Shown: positions 10,266-20,389 of the stretch, piece by piece | Numbering within the stretch: the stretch's first letter is position 1 | Layout of the letters: every line of letters begins with the position of its first letter | DNA from: Candidatus Daviesbacteria bacterium | Lineage (GTDB): Bacteria; Patescibacteriota; Microgenomatia; Daviesbacterales; UBA10151 | Direction: 5' to 3' | NCBI GenBank assembly: GCA_016186955.1 | Contig: JACPKP010000009.1 | Coordinates: 225,595 to 289,594, forward strand | DNA length: 64,000 nucleotides | Translations under genes and position numbers: made by a program | Notes under the pieces: model-generated | What the model was told of the DNA's origin: nothing | The model's input: only the letters and a program-made list of their open reading frames with translations | The model's database searches: none

Positions 10266-11309
10266 AATTTTGGCAATATCCCGGGCTGTTGAAACACAAC
10301 TAACAATCTTTCCTGAAAAAACTGTATAGATTCTATGGTCGATCTTATTTATAATTGTGGGCCGCTCATCAGTCTTATCCTTATTCGGTAAAACGGTTCT
10401 ATAAGTAAACATGGAGCCAAAATATTTGGCATACTTTATTTTAGAAATAAATTCTTCTGTTGATGCAATAAATTTCTTAAAATTAGTAAAGGGTGGATTT
10501 TTGATTACTCCTTTATTGAGTAACTCTGAAAATTTTTTATTAATTCTGGGATGTTTTCCAATATTGCTTTTGTGAATTGCGTGCACTACATTCCCCATAA
10601 CATACATCCCAGTTCTTCCAAAAGGATCAATACACATAAATGGGCCATCCAAAATAACGATACTTTTCTTTTGAAATTCCTTGGGTAATCTAACCACAAT
10701 TTTTTCGCATAGTTCATACTGGTAATCTTGATGTTTGTTTTTATATTTTCCGATGGCCTTATTTATGTAAGCATATGTACAGACAATCACATAATCATAA
10801 TTTTTATAGATTTTTTGATCAGCATAAGTATTCAAAATAACATTTACTGAACTTTTCTTGAGTTTCTGCCAAGCCACTTTTCTTAACTGAACAGGATTAA
10901 TTAAACTTTCCCGTACCTTTATAGATAAGTCAACTTTTTCTTTATTGACTAAGTTAAGATGTTGAATTTGATAATCTAACCCATATTTATTTAAAAATTT
11001 TAAATAATCTTTTGCAGAAGTTTTAGAGTTCTTCGTAGAGATAAAATAAAAGGTATCAGTATCGTCAACTAAAGCTGATTGGTACTCTTGTCTAAAACTT
11101 GTTTCGCTCAATAAGGAAGATAAAACCGTCTCTGGGCTTCTTGGGTAATGATAACCCCGATGGAGCCTGTATTGATTAATTCCTGAAGCAGCCTGCAATA
11201 TATCAGTCCCCTTCTCATAAAGGTCTACTGAAAAATCCTTAGCTAGTTTACAGGATATGGTCACACCAAAAATACCTCCACCAATAACTGCAACCCTTCT
11301 TTTATTCAT
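10254..11309 (-). CDS. FAD/NAD(P)-binding oxidoreductase (possibly a UGM/Glf-like flavoenzyme)
   Basis: N-terminal dinucleotide-binding motif VAVIGGGIFGVTISCKL...DLYEK. It has weak resemblance to the Glf N-terminus. Function is not assignable by eye. Confidence 0.4.
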   Translation of the reverse strand: MNKRRVAVIGGGIFGVTISCKLAKDFSVDLYEKGTDILQAASGINQYRLHRGYHYPRSPETVLSSLLSETSFRQEYQSALVDDTDTFYFISTKNSKTSAKDYLKFLNKYGLDYQIQHLNLVNKEKVDLSIKVRESLINPVQLRKVAWQKLKKSSVNVILNTYADQKIYKNYDYVIVCTYAYINKAIGKYKNKHQDYQYELCEKIVVRLPKEFQKKSIVILDGPFMCIDPFGRTGMYVMGNVVHAIHKSNIGKHPRINKKFSELLNKGVIKNPPFTNFKKFIASTEEFISKIKYAKYFGSMFTYRTVLPNKDKTDERPTIINKIDHRIYTVFSGKIVSCVSTARDIAKILAK

Positions 11310-11317
11310 ATAATATT

Positions 11318-11345
11318 TTACAACTTCTGACTACTGTAATATAAT
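11318..11345 (+). promoter_or_regulatory. Candidate sigma70-like promoter for the plus-strand operon starting at 11364
   Basis: TTACAA (11318-11323), a 16-nt spacer, then TATAAT (11340-11345), 18 nt upstream of the ATG at 11364. It lies in a 54-bp divergent intergenic region. Confidence 0.3.
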
Positions 11346-11363
11346 TTAGCACGTATATCAAAT

Positions 11364-12296
11364 ATGAAAAAAAGCATACCGAATCTAGCTATAGTTGGTA
11401 TAGGTAGATGGGGGCGAAACTTAATAAAGGAGTTTAAAAATCTAGAGAAAATAGGGCTATGTAGGTTGGTGTTATGTGTAAGTAGTGGCAATCACGAAAA
11501 TCTAGATCAATTGAAAAAAAATCATCCCACAGTGGTCCATACAACTGATTTTAAGCAGGCCTTGAGTGATCCCACAATTGATGCAATTGTTATAGCAACT
11601 CCCCCAAGAACTCATTTTCAACTTGCATCACAAGCATTAAAAGCCGGAAAACATATTTTTGTTGAAAAACCACCTGCTGAAAATTTAGCAACGACCAAGC
11701 GTCTAATAAATTTGGCAAAACAAGCCAAAAGAATACTTTTTATAGATAATATTTATATTTATCATCCATTGATCAATAAAGTAAAAAAACTTATTAAAGG
11801 ACGAAATCTTACTTCAGTTGAATTTGTTTGGTTAAAGGAAGGAACTTTTGACACTGATATCATTAGTAATTTGGTCTATCATGACTTTATTATTGCAAGT
11901 TATTTAATTGGTGAGCCAAGTAGTATGAGACTCGAAGAAGCTGTAGATGGTGTAACGATCTGTGATCGCATTAAATTTACCATGAACATTGAAGGAATAG
12001 AAAAATGCTTAGTTAGCATCAACAGAATATCTCCAATAAAACACAAACAAATAACTTTTAAATCTGCTAAAAGAACTTGGGTATGGACAGATAAGACCTT
12101 ATATCAGGTAAAACCTAATGAAGGGTTACAAGAAGTAGCTAGACTTACCGCAGAACCCTTATTTTTGAGTTGTAAGGAGTTCATTAAATGCTTAACTAAA
12201 GAGACATCCAACCTCGAGTCAAATATGCTAGCACTAGTTGCTATGAGGCTATCAGAAAGTTTAAAAGCCAAGCTGAATAAAAGCATTGCCGCATAA
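11364..12296 (+). CDS. Gfo/Idh/MocA family NAD(P)-dependent oxidoreductase (sugar-nucleotide dehydrogenase, WbpB-like)
   Basis: N-terminal Rossmann motif LAIVGIGRWGRN and the conserved EKP motif (HIFVEKPPAENL). It is in a sugar cluster together with a DegT homologue. Confidence 0.65.
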   Translation: MKKSIPNLAIVGIGRWGRNLIKEFKNLEKIGLCRLVLCVSSGNHENLDQLKKNHPTVVHTTDFKQALSDPTIDAIVIATPPRTHFQLASQALKAGKHIFVEKPPAENLATTKRLINLAKQAKRILFIDNIYIYHPLINKVKKLIKGRNLTSVEFVWLKEGTFDTDIISNLVYHDFIIASYLIGEPSSMRLEEAVDGVTICDRIKFTMNIEGIEKCLVSINRISPIKHKQITFKSAKRTWVWTDKTLYQVKPNEGLQEVARLTAEPLFLSCKEFIKCLTKETSNLESNMLALVAMRLSESLKAKLNKSIAA

Positions 12297-12298
12297 TT

Positions 12299-13372
12299 AT
12301 GATTCTTGGTATTTTTTTATCATCCGGTGAAAGCTTCAAAACAATGGCTAAAGCTGGTCAGGATACCCGGTTTAAAAAACTATATCTGAATTACTTTTCT
12401 ACAAAATTTGAAGCAGTTTATGTTTTTTCATATGCAGGAGAAAGGGTTGATGGTTTACCAACTAATGTTAAAGTGATCAGCAATAAATATAATTTACATA
12501 GATTTATTTACGGATTACTTATACCTTTTTTAAATTATAAATTTATAAAAAAATGTGATGTTTTCAGGGCGTATCATATTTTGGGTACGATGCCCGCTGT
12601 TGTCAGTAAGATATTTTTTAATAAGAAATTTGTTTTTAATTATGGGTATGATTATGTAGAATTTGCAAAAATTGAAGGGAAAATGTTGCAAATATTACTC
12701 ATAAAAATAATCAGCCCATTGGCTTTTTTCACCGCCTCTAAAATTATTGCTACTACGAAATTTGCGTTTCAGTTTATCCCTAGAAGTAAAAGTGTATTTA
12801 TTCCAAATGGTGTAGACACAAAATTATTTAAACCATACCCCCAAAAACATATAAGAAAGAGGCTTAAGCTTTTAAATATTGGTCGGCTGGAACCTCAGAA
12901 AAATCAAATTAATCTGGTTAAAGCAATGAAAGGAATAAGTGCAGATCTTCTTATCTTAGGTAATGGTTCGTTAGAAAATCAGATAATTGAAGAAGCTAAG
13001 CGGTTGGGTGTTAATCTTAAAATTTTAGAGAAAATTGACAATTCTAAACTGCCTGCAATATATAATGATGCTGACATCTTTGTACTTCCTTCTTTAACAG
13101 AGGGTCCGGTAAAAGTATTGATTGAGGCTATGTCATGTGGTTTACCGGTAATAGGGTCAAGGGCAAGGGGAATAAATGAAGTAATTATTAATGGAAAAAC
13201 AGGGTATTTTTGTTTAACCTCAGCGCAATCAATTAAAAAAGCTCTAAATAGTTTAATAGAGGATAAATCATTAAGGTCTGTGTTAGGGAAAAATGCACGT
13301 AAACTAATAGTGGATAAATTTGACTTGGATAAGTTGTTAGAACAAGAGGTAGCTGTTATGCACTCTCTATGA
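12299..13372 (+). CDS. GT4 glycosyltransferase
   Basis: FVLPSLTEGPVKVLIEAMSCGLPVIGSRARGINEVIINGKTGY (EX7E region). Confidence 0.7.
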   Translation: MILGIFLSSGESFKTMAKAGQDTRFKKLYLNYFSTKFEAVYVFSYAGERVDGLPTNVKVISNKYNLHRFIYGLLIPFLNYKFIKKCDVFRAYHILGTMPAVVSKIFFNKKFVFNYGYDYVEFAKIEGKMLQILLIKIISPLAFFTASKIIATTKFAFQFIPRSKSVFIPNGVDTKLFKPYPQKHIRKRLKLLNIGRLEPQKNQINLVKAMKGISADLLILGNGSLENQIIEEAKRLGVNLKILEKIDNSKLPAIYNDADIFVLPSLTEGPVKVLIEAMSCGLPVIGSRARGINEVIINGKTGYFCLTSAQSIKKALNSLIEDKSLRSVLGKNARKLIVDKFDLDKLLEQEVAVMHSL

Positions 13373-14484
13373 AAAAAATCATAATTTGTTCGCCACAACT
13401 TGGCATATCTCCAGTATCAAATTTAGGGGGAGAAATTTATGATTATCAAACCATAAAAGGTTTTACTAGAAGGGGTGTCAGAGTCTTAATCTATTTACCA
13501 AAAAAAAGAATTTATGATAAGAGCATAAAAGATTTGTCTGTTACCTATTCCTCCATGACTCATATTTTTCCACCATGGTTTTTTAGTTTTATTTGTTTAC
13601 CGTATCTATTTAAGACATATAAAAGGGAGAAATTTGATATTTTACGGATTCATTCACCAAGATTTTTAGGAATTGCCGCAATGATATTTCATTTTTTTTA
13701 TCCCAAAGTCCCAATCCTTTCCAGTGGAGTTACAGTTGATAGTTTAGGATTACATTATCTAATTGAGAGATATATTTTTAATATCTCTTCAAGAATTATT
13801 GTTCAAAGTGAATATATGAAAAAATTATTAGTAAAAAAATATCATATAAATCAAATTAAAATAGCAGTCACATACGGTGGAGTCTTAGATAGTTCCAAAA
13901 ATTGGGTTAGTCGACCTAAAGAATCAGTATGCATTAGAAACAAAGATAAAGTATTACTTTTTATGGGAGCCCTGATCAATAGAAAAAATCCTTTATTTGC
14001 TTTGGATATTTTTATTAAAGTGCGGAGTAAGCTGAAGAATGTTTTTTTGGTAGTAATTGGAGAGGGTAATTTAAAGAAAAAAATGAAAAATAAAATAAAA
14101 GCCAAAAAAATGACTGACCGTATAATTTTTATTAACTCAGCATATAAGGAAGAAAAAGCTTATTGGTTTTCCAGGATGGATGTATTTCTTTTCCCATCTT
14201 TAAACGAGGGGTTTGGATTGGTTGCAACAGAGGCCATGTCCTTTGGAAAAGTCGTTATTACATCAGAAAAGGCAGCTTTTAAGGAAATTATTGATAATGG
14301 AAAAGATGGTTTTATGCTTCCGCTTAGTAATCAAAAACTCTGGATTGATACTACTTTAAAAATACTTAGCAGCAGTAAGATATCAGAAAGGATTGGTAGG
14401 AATGCTTTAAGTAAAGTTAAAACAAAATTTTCATGGGAAAGAACATACAATTTAAATAAAAAAGTAATTGAAGAAATGGTATGA
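13369..14484 (+). CDS. GT4 glycosyltransferase
   Basis: FLFPSLNEGFGLVATEAMSFGKVVITSEKAAFKEIIDNGKDGF. Confidence 0.7.
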   Translation: MKKIIICSPQLGISPVSNLGGEIYDYQTIKGFTRRGVRVLIYLPKKRIYDKSIKDLSVTYSSMTHIFPPWFFSFICLPYLFKTYKREKFDILRIHSPRFLGIAAMIFHFFYPKVPILSSGVTVDSLGLHYLIERYIFNISSRIIVQSEYMKKLLVKKYHINQIKIAVTYGGVLDSSKNWVSRPKESVCIRNKDKVLLFMGALINRKNPLFALDIFIKVRSKLKNVFLVVIGEGNLKKKMKNKIKAKKMTDRIIFINSAYKEEKAYWFSRMDVFLFPSLNEGFGLVATEAMSFGKVVITSEKAAFKEIIDNGKDGFMLPLSNQKLWIDTTLKILSSSKISERIGRNALSKVKTKFSWERTYNLNKKVIEEMV

Positions 14485-15248
14485 AACTGGTAATTTGGTT
14501 GATTAAAAAAACTGAAGCGCTGTCTGCATTATCCGTAAGATTGGTCTATTGGACTGGAAAGGCTAAAGTGCCAATTCATCCAAAGCATTTAATCCGTAAA
14601 GATACGGACATTTGGTATAAGAATCTGCTAAATAAGAAAATGGTGATTTTAGATGCTGGATGTGGTTCAGGACAGCATTCTAATTTAGCAGCAAAATATG
14701 TAAAAAAAATCATAGGGATAGATAACCAACAAAGTAATATAAAAATTGCCCAAACAGATGCAAAAAATAAAAAAATTAATAATGTTGAATTTATCTTGGG
14801 AAATCTCGAAAAAAAAATTTCTTTGCAGTCAGGATCTGTTAATTTAGCTATACTTTTTGATATCCTTGAGCATATTATAAACAGGCAAAAATTTCTTAAA
14901 GAAATAAAAAGATTGTTAAAAAATAAAGGGATAGTATTGGTTGTAATTCCAAATAATGAAACCTCCTGGAAGAAATTTCAAAGAAAATATGGTATCAAAT
15001 CCTTTTCAGACCCCGACCATAAAATAGAGTATACAAAAGAAAGCATTACTAAAGAGCTCGGTAAAGCTGGTTTTCAAGTAAGGAATATAACCCCAATTTC
15101 ATATGACACACCATGGGTTGGGTTTATTGATTTAATTGGCGGTATCTCCCTCGCTCTTTATAAACGATTATCCCGGTGGAAGTTAAAAATGTTAAAATTA
15201 CATCCTGAAAACTGCAGCGGTTATCAAATAATAGCTTCTAAAATATGA
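14481..15248 (+). CDS. Class I SAM-dependent methyltransferase
   Basis: Motif I VILDAGCGSGQHS and an acidic motif II (IGIDN). Methyltransf_11/12-like. Confidence 0.7.
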   Translation: MKLVIWLIKKTEALSALSVRLVYWTGKAKVPIHPKHLIRKDTDIWYKNLLNKKMVILDAGCGSGQHSNLAAKYVKKIIGIDNQQSNIKIAQTDAKNKKINNVEFILGNLEKKISLQSGSVNLAILFDILEHIINRQKFLKEIKRLLKNKGIVLVVIPNNETSWKKFQRKYGIKSFSDPDHKIEYTKESITKELGKAGFQVRNITPISYDTPWVGFIDLIGGISLALYKRLSRWKLKMLKLHPENCSGYQIIASKI

Positions 15249-16531
15249 AAATAATGCTTGTTTCTGATTATTACCCGCCATTTAACCCCGGAGGTAGCGA
15301 GTGGAGCGTACTTTATTTGTCGAAAGCGCTGCAAGATAAAGACATAAACAATATCATTGTAACACCAAATTATGGTACCCGTGCGGAGGAGATTATTGTT
15401 GGAACCAGAGTCATTAGATTTCCGAGCTTTAAGAAGGCATCAGGTTCCAGATCTGTAATAAATCCCATCTGGCAAAACAACCCATTTTTTTTTATCTGGA
15501 GCGCCGTATTTATCTATAAAATTGCAAAAAAAGAAAAAGTTGATATTTTACACATCCATGGTAAATTTTTAATTCCAGGGGGATATTGTGCTAGTAAGTT
15601 ACTCAAAGTGCCTTTTATAGTGACGATTAGGGATAAACAACTCTTGTGTAGTTATGGAAAATGTTTTTTTACTAAAGATCGGAAAAAATCTTGTAGTTGG
15701 ATAGAATATATGACCTCTGACTTGCCCTGGTTTTATAAGCATTTTGTAAAAGAGAAAAAACTTTCAAGCTTAATTTATACTTTCCTTTCAGCTTTGTGGA
15801 CAAGGATCGTAAACTCTCTCATTGTTTGGTTTGCTAAAAATTCGGATAAAATAATTGCAATAAGCAACTCACAAAAAACATACCTGGAGGCGGGTGGATT
15901 TAAAGATGTTAAGGTTATTTTTAATTCAGTTATTTTTCAAGACATTCAACCTACTAAAAAACGCAGCAACATATTGTTTGTAGGAAAACTCTCTTTAGGA
16001 AAAGGAATTTACCAATTACTAGAGGCGATACCGTTTGTTATCCAAAAAAGGAAAGAACTATTTATTTTTGCCGGGGGAGTAGAAGAAAAAAAAGATATAG
16101 ATGCAATGGTGAAAAAATTGGGTATTAGAGAATATGTTAAATTCTTAGGCGGGGTTGATCATTTTAAGCTTCAAAAACTGTATAAATCATGTAAATTAGT
16201 TGTAATGCCTTCAATTTACCCAGAAGCTTTTGGCAGGGTAGCTTTGGAAGCTTTATCAGCGGGCACTCCGGTAGTAGTTTCAAATAGAGGAGGTTTGCCA
16301 GAGATTGTGAGGCCAAAATACACGGGCTTAATATCTAAGGTAACCCCTGAAGATTTAGCCCTTGCCATCAATACCATTTTAAATAATTTAGATATGTATA
16401 TAAAAAATATTAATAAAGAGAGACTATCATTAATCAAAAAATTTGGAATAAACCCAATAAACCAGCATGCCCAGCTGTATAAGATATTAACCAGAAAACA
16501 TGATTTACATAAAATGCTCAATGTTGTATGA
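15245..16531 (+). CDS. GT4 glycosyltransferase
   Basis: VVMPSIYPEAFGRVALEALSAGTPVVVSNRGGLPEIV. The N-terminal half carries an extra Cys-rich insertion. Confidence 0.7.
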   Translation: MKIMLVSDYYPPFNPGGSEWSVLYLSKALQDKDINNIIVTPNYGTRAEEIIVGTRVIRFPSFKKASGSRSVINPIWQNNPFFFIWSAVFIYKIAKKEKVDILHIHGKFLIPGGYCASKLLKVPFIVTIRDKQLLCSYGKCFFTKDRKKSCSWIEYMTSDLPWFYKHFVKEKKLSSLIYTFLSALWTRIVNSLIVWFAKNSDKIIAISNSQKTYLEAGGFKDVKVIFNSVIFQDIQPTKKRSNILFVGKLSLGKGIYQLLEAIPFVIQKRKELFIFAGGVEEKKDIDAMVKKLGIREYVKFLGGVDHFKLQKLYKSCKLVVMPSIYPEAFGRVALEALSAGTPVVVSNRGGLPEIVRPKYTGLISKVTPEDLALAINTILNNLDMYIKNINKERLSLIKKFGINPINQHAQLYKILTRKHDLHKMLNVV

Positions 16532-16566
16532 TCCATCCAGCTGCCGACTAGTTAAAAACCTGATTT

Positions 16567-17802
16567 ATGCCTTCTAAAAAACTGCCAAAACAATTAAAAA
16601 GTAACCAGGAACAAATAATTAAAAAAGTGTTATATGCGATGGCGGTTTACGGGGATGAAGAAATACATGCAGTCTTGAAATCAATGGAAAATAGATGGTT
16701 AGCCTCTGGACCGCTGGTGAAAGAATTTGAAGAAAAGATAGCAAGCTTGTTTGGTAAAAAATTTGGTGTTGCAGTCAATTCCGGTTCTTCAGCCAATCTG
16801 GTTACACTACATCTATTAAACCTCCCAGAGGGGAGTGAAGTAATTACCCCTGCCTGCACATTTTCTACAACCGTGTCTACTATTATTCAAAATAGGTTAA
16901 TTCCTGTTTTTGTAGATAGCATAATTGGAAGATATACAATAAATGAGAATTTGGCGGAAGCAGCAATTACAAAAAATACTAAGGCAATATTGGCGCCGCA
17001 TCTTGTTGGTGGGGTTTGTAATATGGAAAAGTTAAGAAAACTTGCCGATATGTATAATTTATATTTAATAGATGATTCGTGTGATACACTAGCCCCAAGA
17101 TTAAATGGTAAACCCGTTGCTGTTTATGGTGACATGACTACCACCTCTTTTTATGGTTCGCATATTATCACCGCCTTGGGTTTTGGAGGAATGCTTATGA
17201 CAGATGATGAGAAAATATATAAAAGAGCGCTGACTTTGCGGGATTGGGGGAGGGTGGGGAATGACCGGGAGGCTTTTGAAGATAGATTCAATTTTGAAAT
17301 TGATGAGGTGCCTTATGATGCAAAATTTCTTTATACGGAAGTTGGATATAATTTAAAAATGAATGAAGCAGCTGCAGCTTTCGGATTAGAGCAAATAAAA
17401 AAACTACCACAGTTCCTTAAAATACGTCAAAGTAATTTTGACAAAATGAAAATTTTTTTCTCGCAGTATTATGATTGGTTTTATCTTCCTTATCTTACTT
17501 CAGGGGCTGAAACAAACTGGTTGGCATTTCCGTTAACAGTCAGACAAGAGGCCCCTTTTAAAAGATATGATTTTTTAAAGCATATGGAAAGTAAAGGGAT
17601 TCAAACCAGAGTACTATTCTCAGGTAATATAACCAGACATCCTTTGTATAAGAAAATAGAGCATAGGATATATGGTAAATTAGAAAAAGCTGATGAAATA
17701 ATGAGATCGGGTTTGCTGCTTGGATGCCATCATGGAATGACAGATGAAGATGTAGCTTATGTTCTAAATTCTGCTGGACAATTTTTATCTAGTTACCGCT
17801 AA
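16567..17802 (+). CDS. DegT/DnrJ/EryC1/StrS-family PLP/PMP-dependent sugar-modifying enzyme. His occupies the position of the Schiff-base Lys, so it is possibly a 3-dehydratase of ColD/E1 type rather than an aminotransferase.
   Basis: ASGPLVKEFEEKIASLFGKKFGVAVNSGSSANL is the DegT N-terminal block. The active-site block reads TSFYGSHIITALGFGG where aminotransferases have SF(H/Y)xxK. Confidence 0.6.
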   Translation: MPSKKLPKQLKSNQEQIIKKVLYAMAVYGDEEIHAVLKSMENRWLASGPLVKEFEEKIASLFGKKFGVAVNSGSSANLVTLHLLNLPEGSEVITPACTFSTTVSTIIQNRLIPVFVDSIIGRYTINENLAEAAITKNTKAILAPHLVGGVCNMEKLRKLADMYNLYLIDDSCDTLAPRLNGKPVAVYGDMTTTSFYGSHIITALGFGGMLMTDDEKIYKRALTLRDWGRVGNDREAFEDRFNFEIDEVPYDAKFLYTEVGYNLKMNEAAAAFGLEQIKKLPQFLKIRQSNFDKMKIFFSQYYDWFYLPYLTSGAETNWLAFPLTVRQEAPFKRYDFLKHMESKGIQTRVLFSGNITRHPLYKKIEHRIYGKLEKADEIMRSGLLLGCHHGMTDEDVAYVLNSAGQFLSSYR

Positions 17803-17811
17803 TATCCTAAA

Positions 17812-18870
17812 ATGACAATTTGCTTTTTTGGTTCGTATGAACGTAATTATTCAAAAAATGTTATTCTTCTGAAAGGCTTAAAAAAGAAAAAAATAAAAGT
17901 TGTCCATTGCCATCATCCAAATTATTTTACTCTTTCCCATTATCCTTCGCTTTTTTGGCAATTTCTTAATAAAGCAAGAGACGCAGACATTATTTTTGTA
18001 GCTTTTTTTGGCCACTATGATGTATGGTTTGCATGGATTTTGGGGAAAATATTTAAGAAAAAGGTTATTTTTGATCCTCTCGTATCAATTTACAATACTA
18101 GGGTAGAAGACCGTCAATATTTTAAAAAAAACAGCTTACGTGCAAAATTCTACATTCTTTTTGACCGGCTAAATGTTCACCTTGCGGAGCTAGTCTTACT
18201 GGATACCTACGAACACTTCAAGTATTTTCAGAAGATGTTTGGTTTAAGTGAAAGAAAAACCGCCATTGTACGTGTTGGGGCTGATGAAGAGATGCTTGTA
18301 CCGGTTAAAAAACATGCCAACCAACCGACGAGAGCATTATTTTACGGTTCCTACCAGCCAAGCCAGGGTGCTCTAAGAATTATTCAAAGCGCAAATTTGT
18401 TAAAAAAAGAGGATATAGCATGGATTTTTATTGGTAATGGTCAACAAAGAGCCTTGGTTGAAAACTATGCTAAAATAAAACACTTAAAAAAGACTACTTT
18501 TTTAGAGACAATGCCTTTTCAAGAACTTGTTAAATATATTATTAATGCAGATATAATATTTGGAGTGTTTGGGAATACTATTAAGTCTAAAATGGTAATT
18601 CATAACAAGATTTATCAGGGGACTGCTTTAGGCAAGGTTGTAATTACCCAGGATACAAAAGCTGTAAGAGAAATTTTTACTGACAAAAAAAATATTATTT
18701 TAACACAACCTAATAAAAAGAGTATCAGTGAAGGGATAATAAAGTTATTAAATAATAAAAAAGAGATTCAAAGGATAGGAAGAGGGGCAAGACAACTTTT
18801 TTTAAAACAACTTACCAGTAAACAGATAACAGATGAGTTAGTGGCTAAATTTAAAAAGCTAATGTTATAA
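17812..18870 (+). CDS. Putative GT-B fold glycosyltransferase-like protein (family unclear)
   Basis: The C-terminal half resembles GT-B C-domains (ALFYGSYQPSQGALRII...ADIIFGVFGN...GTALGKVVITQDTKAVREIF). There is no clean EX7E motif. Confidence 0.35.
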   Translation: MTICFFGSYERNYSKNVILLKGLKKKKIKVVHCHHPNYFTLSHYPSLFWQFLNKARDADIIFVAFFGHYDVWFAWILGKIFKKKVIFDPLVSIYNTRVEDRQYFKKNSLRAKFYILFDRLNVHLAELVLLDTYEHFKYFQKMFGLSERKTAIVRVGADEEMLVPVKKHANQPTRALFYGSYQPSQGALRIIQSANLLKKEDIAWIFIGNGQQRALVENYAKIKHLKKTTFLETMPFQELVKYIINADIIFGVFGNTIKSKMVIHNKIYQGTALGKVVITQDTKAVREIFTDKKNIILTQPNKKSISEGIIKLLNNKKEIQRIGRGARQLFLKQLTSKQITDELVAKFKKLML

Positions 18871-18877
18871 TCCGTAA

Positions 18878-19666
18878 GTGCAAGACTTTGTTAAAATTAT
18901 TAAAATTTGGCAATACAGACAACTGCTTTATTTTTTGACAATAAAAGAGATTAAAGTTCGTTATAAACAAGCTTTTTTTGGTATAGCTTGGGCAATTTTA
19001 ACTCCCTTATCACAAGCTTTAGTTTTTGCTTTCATTTTTGGAATCCTGCTGAAAACACAAATAAATAACATACCGTATCTGCTGTTAGTTTTTTCCGGAT
19101 TTACTTTCTGGAATTTTTTTGCTTTATCTATATCAAGCGCAACATCTGCTTTGACTGGAAATACTAACTTAGTCACGAAATCTACATTTCCTAAAGAGAT
19201 ATTAGTGCTGGCGTCAGTATTTGGGCGTCTCCCCGATTTATTAGCATCTTTAACAATGCTATTGATAATGCTTGCGTTTTATCAAATTAATTTTTCAATG
19301 CAACTTCTTTGGATTATCCCTATGTTTGCAATAGAGGTAATACTTGCTTTGGGGATAGGACTATTTTTTGCTGCAGCAAATGTTTATTTTAGGGATATTA
19401 CAGCCCTAGTCCCACTACTGTTGATGCTTTGGCTTTATTTAACACCTGTTGTATATTCGTTAAGCTTGATACCAAAAGCATATCAGTTTTTTATTTCATT
19501 AAATCCGATGACAGGTATTTTGGAAGGAGTGCGAGGCTCCCTATTTTTACAAAAATCTCCAGATATTAGCGCACTCATTTTACTTATGTGTATTTCACTA
19601 ACAATTTTTATAATAAATTTTATTTTATTCAAAAAACTAGAAAAAGGTTTTGCGGATATTATTTAA
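18878..19666 (+). CDS. wzm: ABC-2 type polysaccharide export permease (Wzm/TagG/KpsM-like)
   Basis: About 262 aa with 6 TM helices and the N-terminal IKEIKVRYKQAFFGIAWAILTPL block typical of ABC-2 permeases. It is immediately followed by an ATPase. Confidence 0.75.
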   Translation: MQDFVKIIKIWQYRQLLYFLTIKEIKVRYKQAFFGIAWAILTPLSQALVFAFIFGILLKTQINNIPYLLLVFSGFTFWNFFALSISSATSALTGNTNLVTKSTFPKEILVLASVFGRLPDLLASLTMLLIMLAFYQINFSMQLLWIIPMFAIEVILALGIGLFFAAANVYFRDITALVPLLLMLWLYLTPVVYSLSLIPKAYQFFISLNPMTGILEGVRGSLFLQKSPDISALILLMCISLTIFIINFILFKKLEKGFADII

Positions 19667-19669
19667 ATT

Positions 19670-20389
19670 ATGGAAGATATCATTGTTTTGAATAATGTTT
19701 GGAAAAAATATAATATAGGCAGTTCTAAAAAGTTGACAGAGACAATCTCCTCCTTTTTTTCATCAACAAAAGAAAAGAATTTTTGGGCTCTAAAAAATAT
19801 AAGCTTAGAAATTAAAAAGGGTGAGGTGATAGGTATAATCGGGCCAAACGGGTCAGGAAAATCAACACTATTGAAGATCTTATCGGGTATATCTTTTCCA
19901 TCAAAAGGATATTTATCTATTGACGGTAAGGTAGCATCTCTTTTAGAATTAGGGACAGGTTTTCATCCTGAGTTGACAGGTAGAGAAAATGTCTATCTTT
20001 ATGGTGCTATCTTGGGTATTGACCATAAACTTATAAAACATCAGTTTGACCAAATAATAAAATTCTCTGGCGTGGGAAAATTTATAAATACACCACTTAA
20101 GCATTATTCTTCAGGGATGTATATTAGACTGGCATTTTCAGTAGTAACACATTTAGACTTTGATATTTTACTAATAGATGAGGTACTGGCAATAGGTGAT
20201 GCCCAATTTCAAAAAAAATCCTTTGCTAAAATTCAAGAGATAAACAAACAAAACAAAACAATCATTGTTGTAAGCCATGATTTACAAAATATTACTAAGT
20301 TATGCGACAAAGTAATATTACTTAAAAACGGTAGAATCGAAAAAGTAGGAACAGCTCTTGATACTGTAAATTATTATCAAAAGCTATGA
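19670..20389 (+). CDS. wzt: ABC transporter ATP-binding protein (Wzt/TagH/KpsT-like, no C-terminal carbohydrate-binding domain)
   Basis: Walker A GIIGPNGSGKSTLL, signature YSSGMYIRLAF, Walker B ILLIDEVLAIGD. At 239 aa it is the nucleotide-binding domain only. Confidence 0.8.
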   Translation: MEDIIVLNNVWKKYNIGSSKKLTETISSFFSSTKEKNFWALKNISLEIKKGEVIGIIGPNGSGKSTLLKILSGISFPSKGYLSIDGKVASLLELGTGFHPELTGRENVYLYGAILGIDHKLIKHQFDQIIKFSGVGKFINTPLKHYSSGMYIRLAFSVVTHLDFDILLIDEVLAIGDAQFQKKSFAKIQEINKQNKTIIVVSHDLQNITKLCDKVILLKNGRIEKVGTALDTVNYYQKL

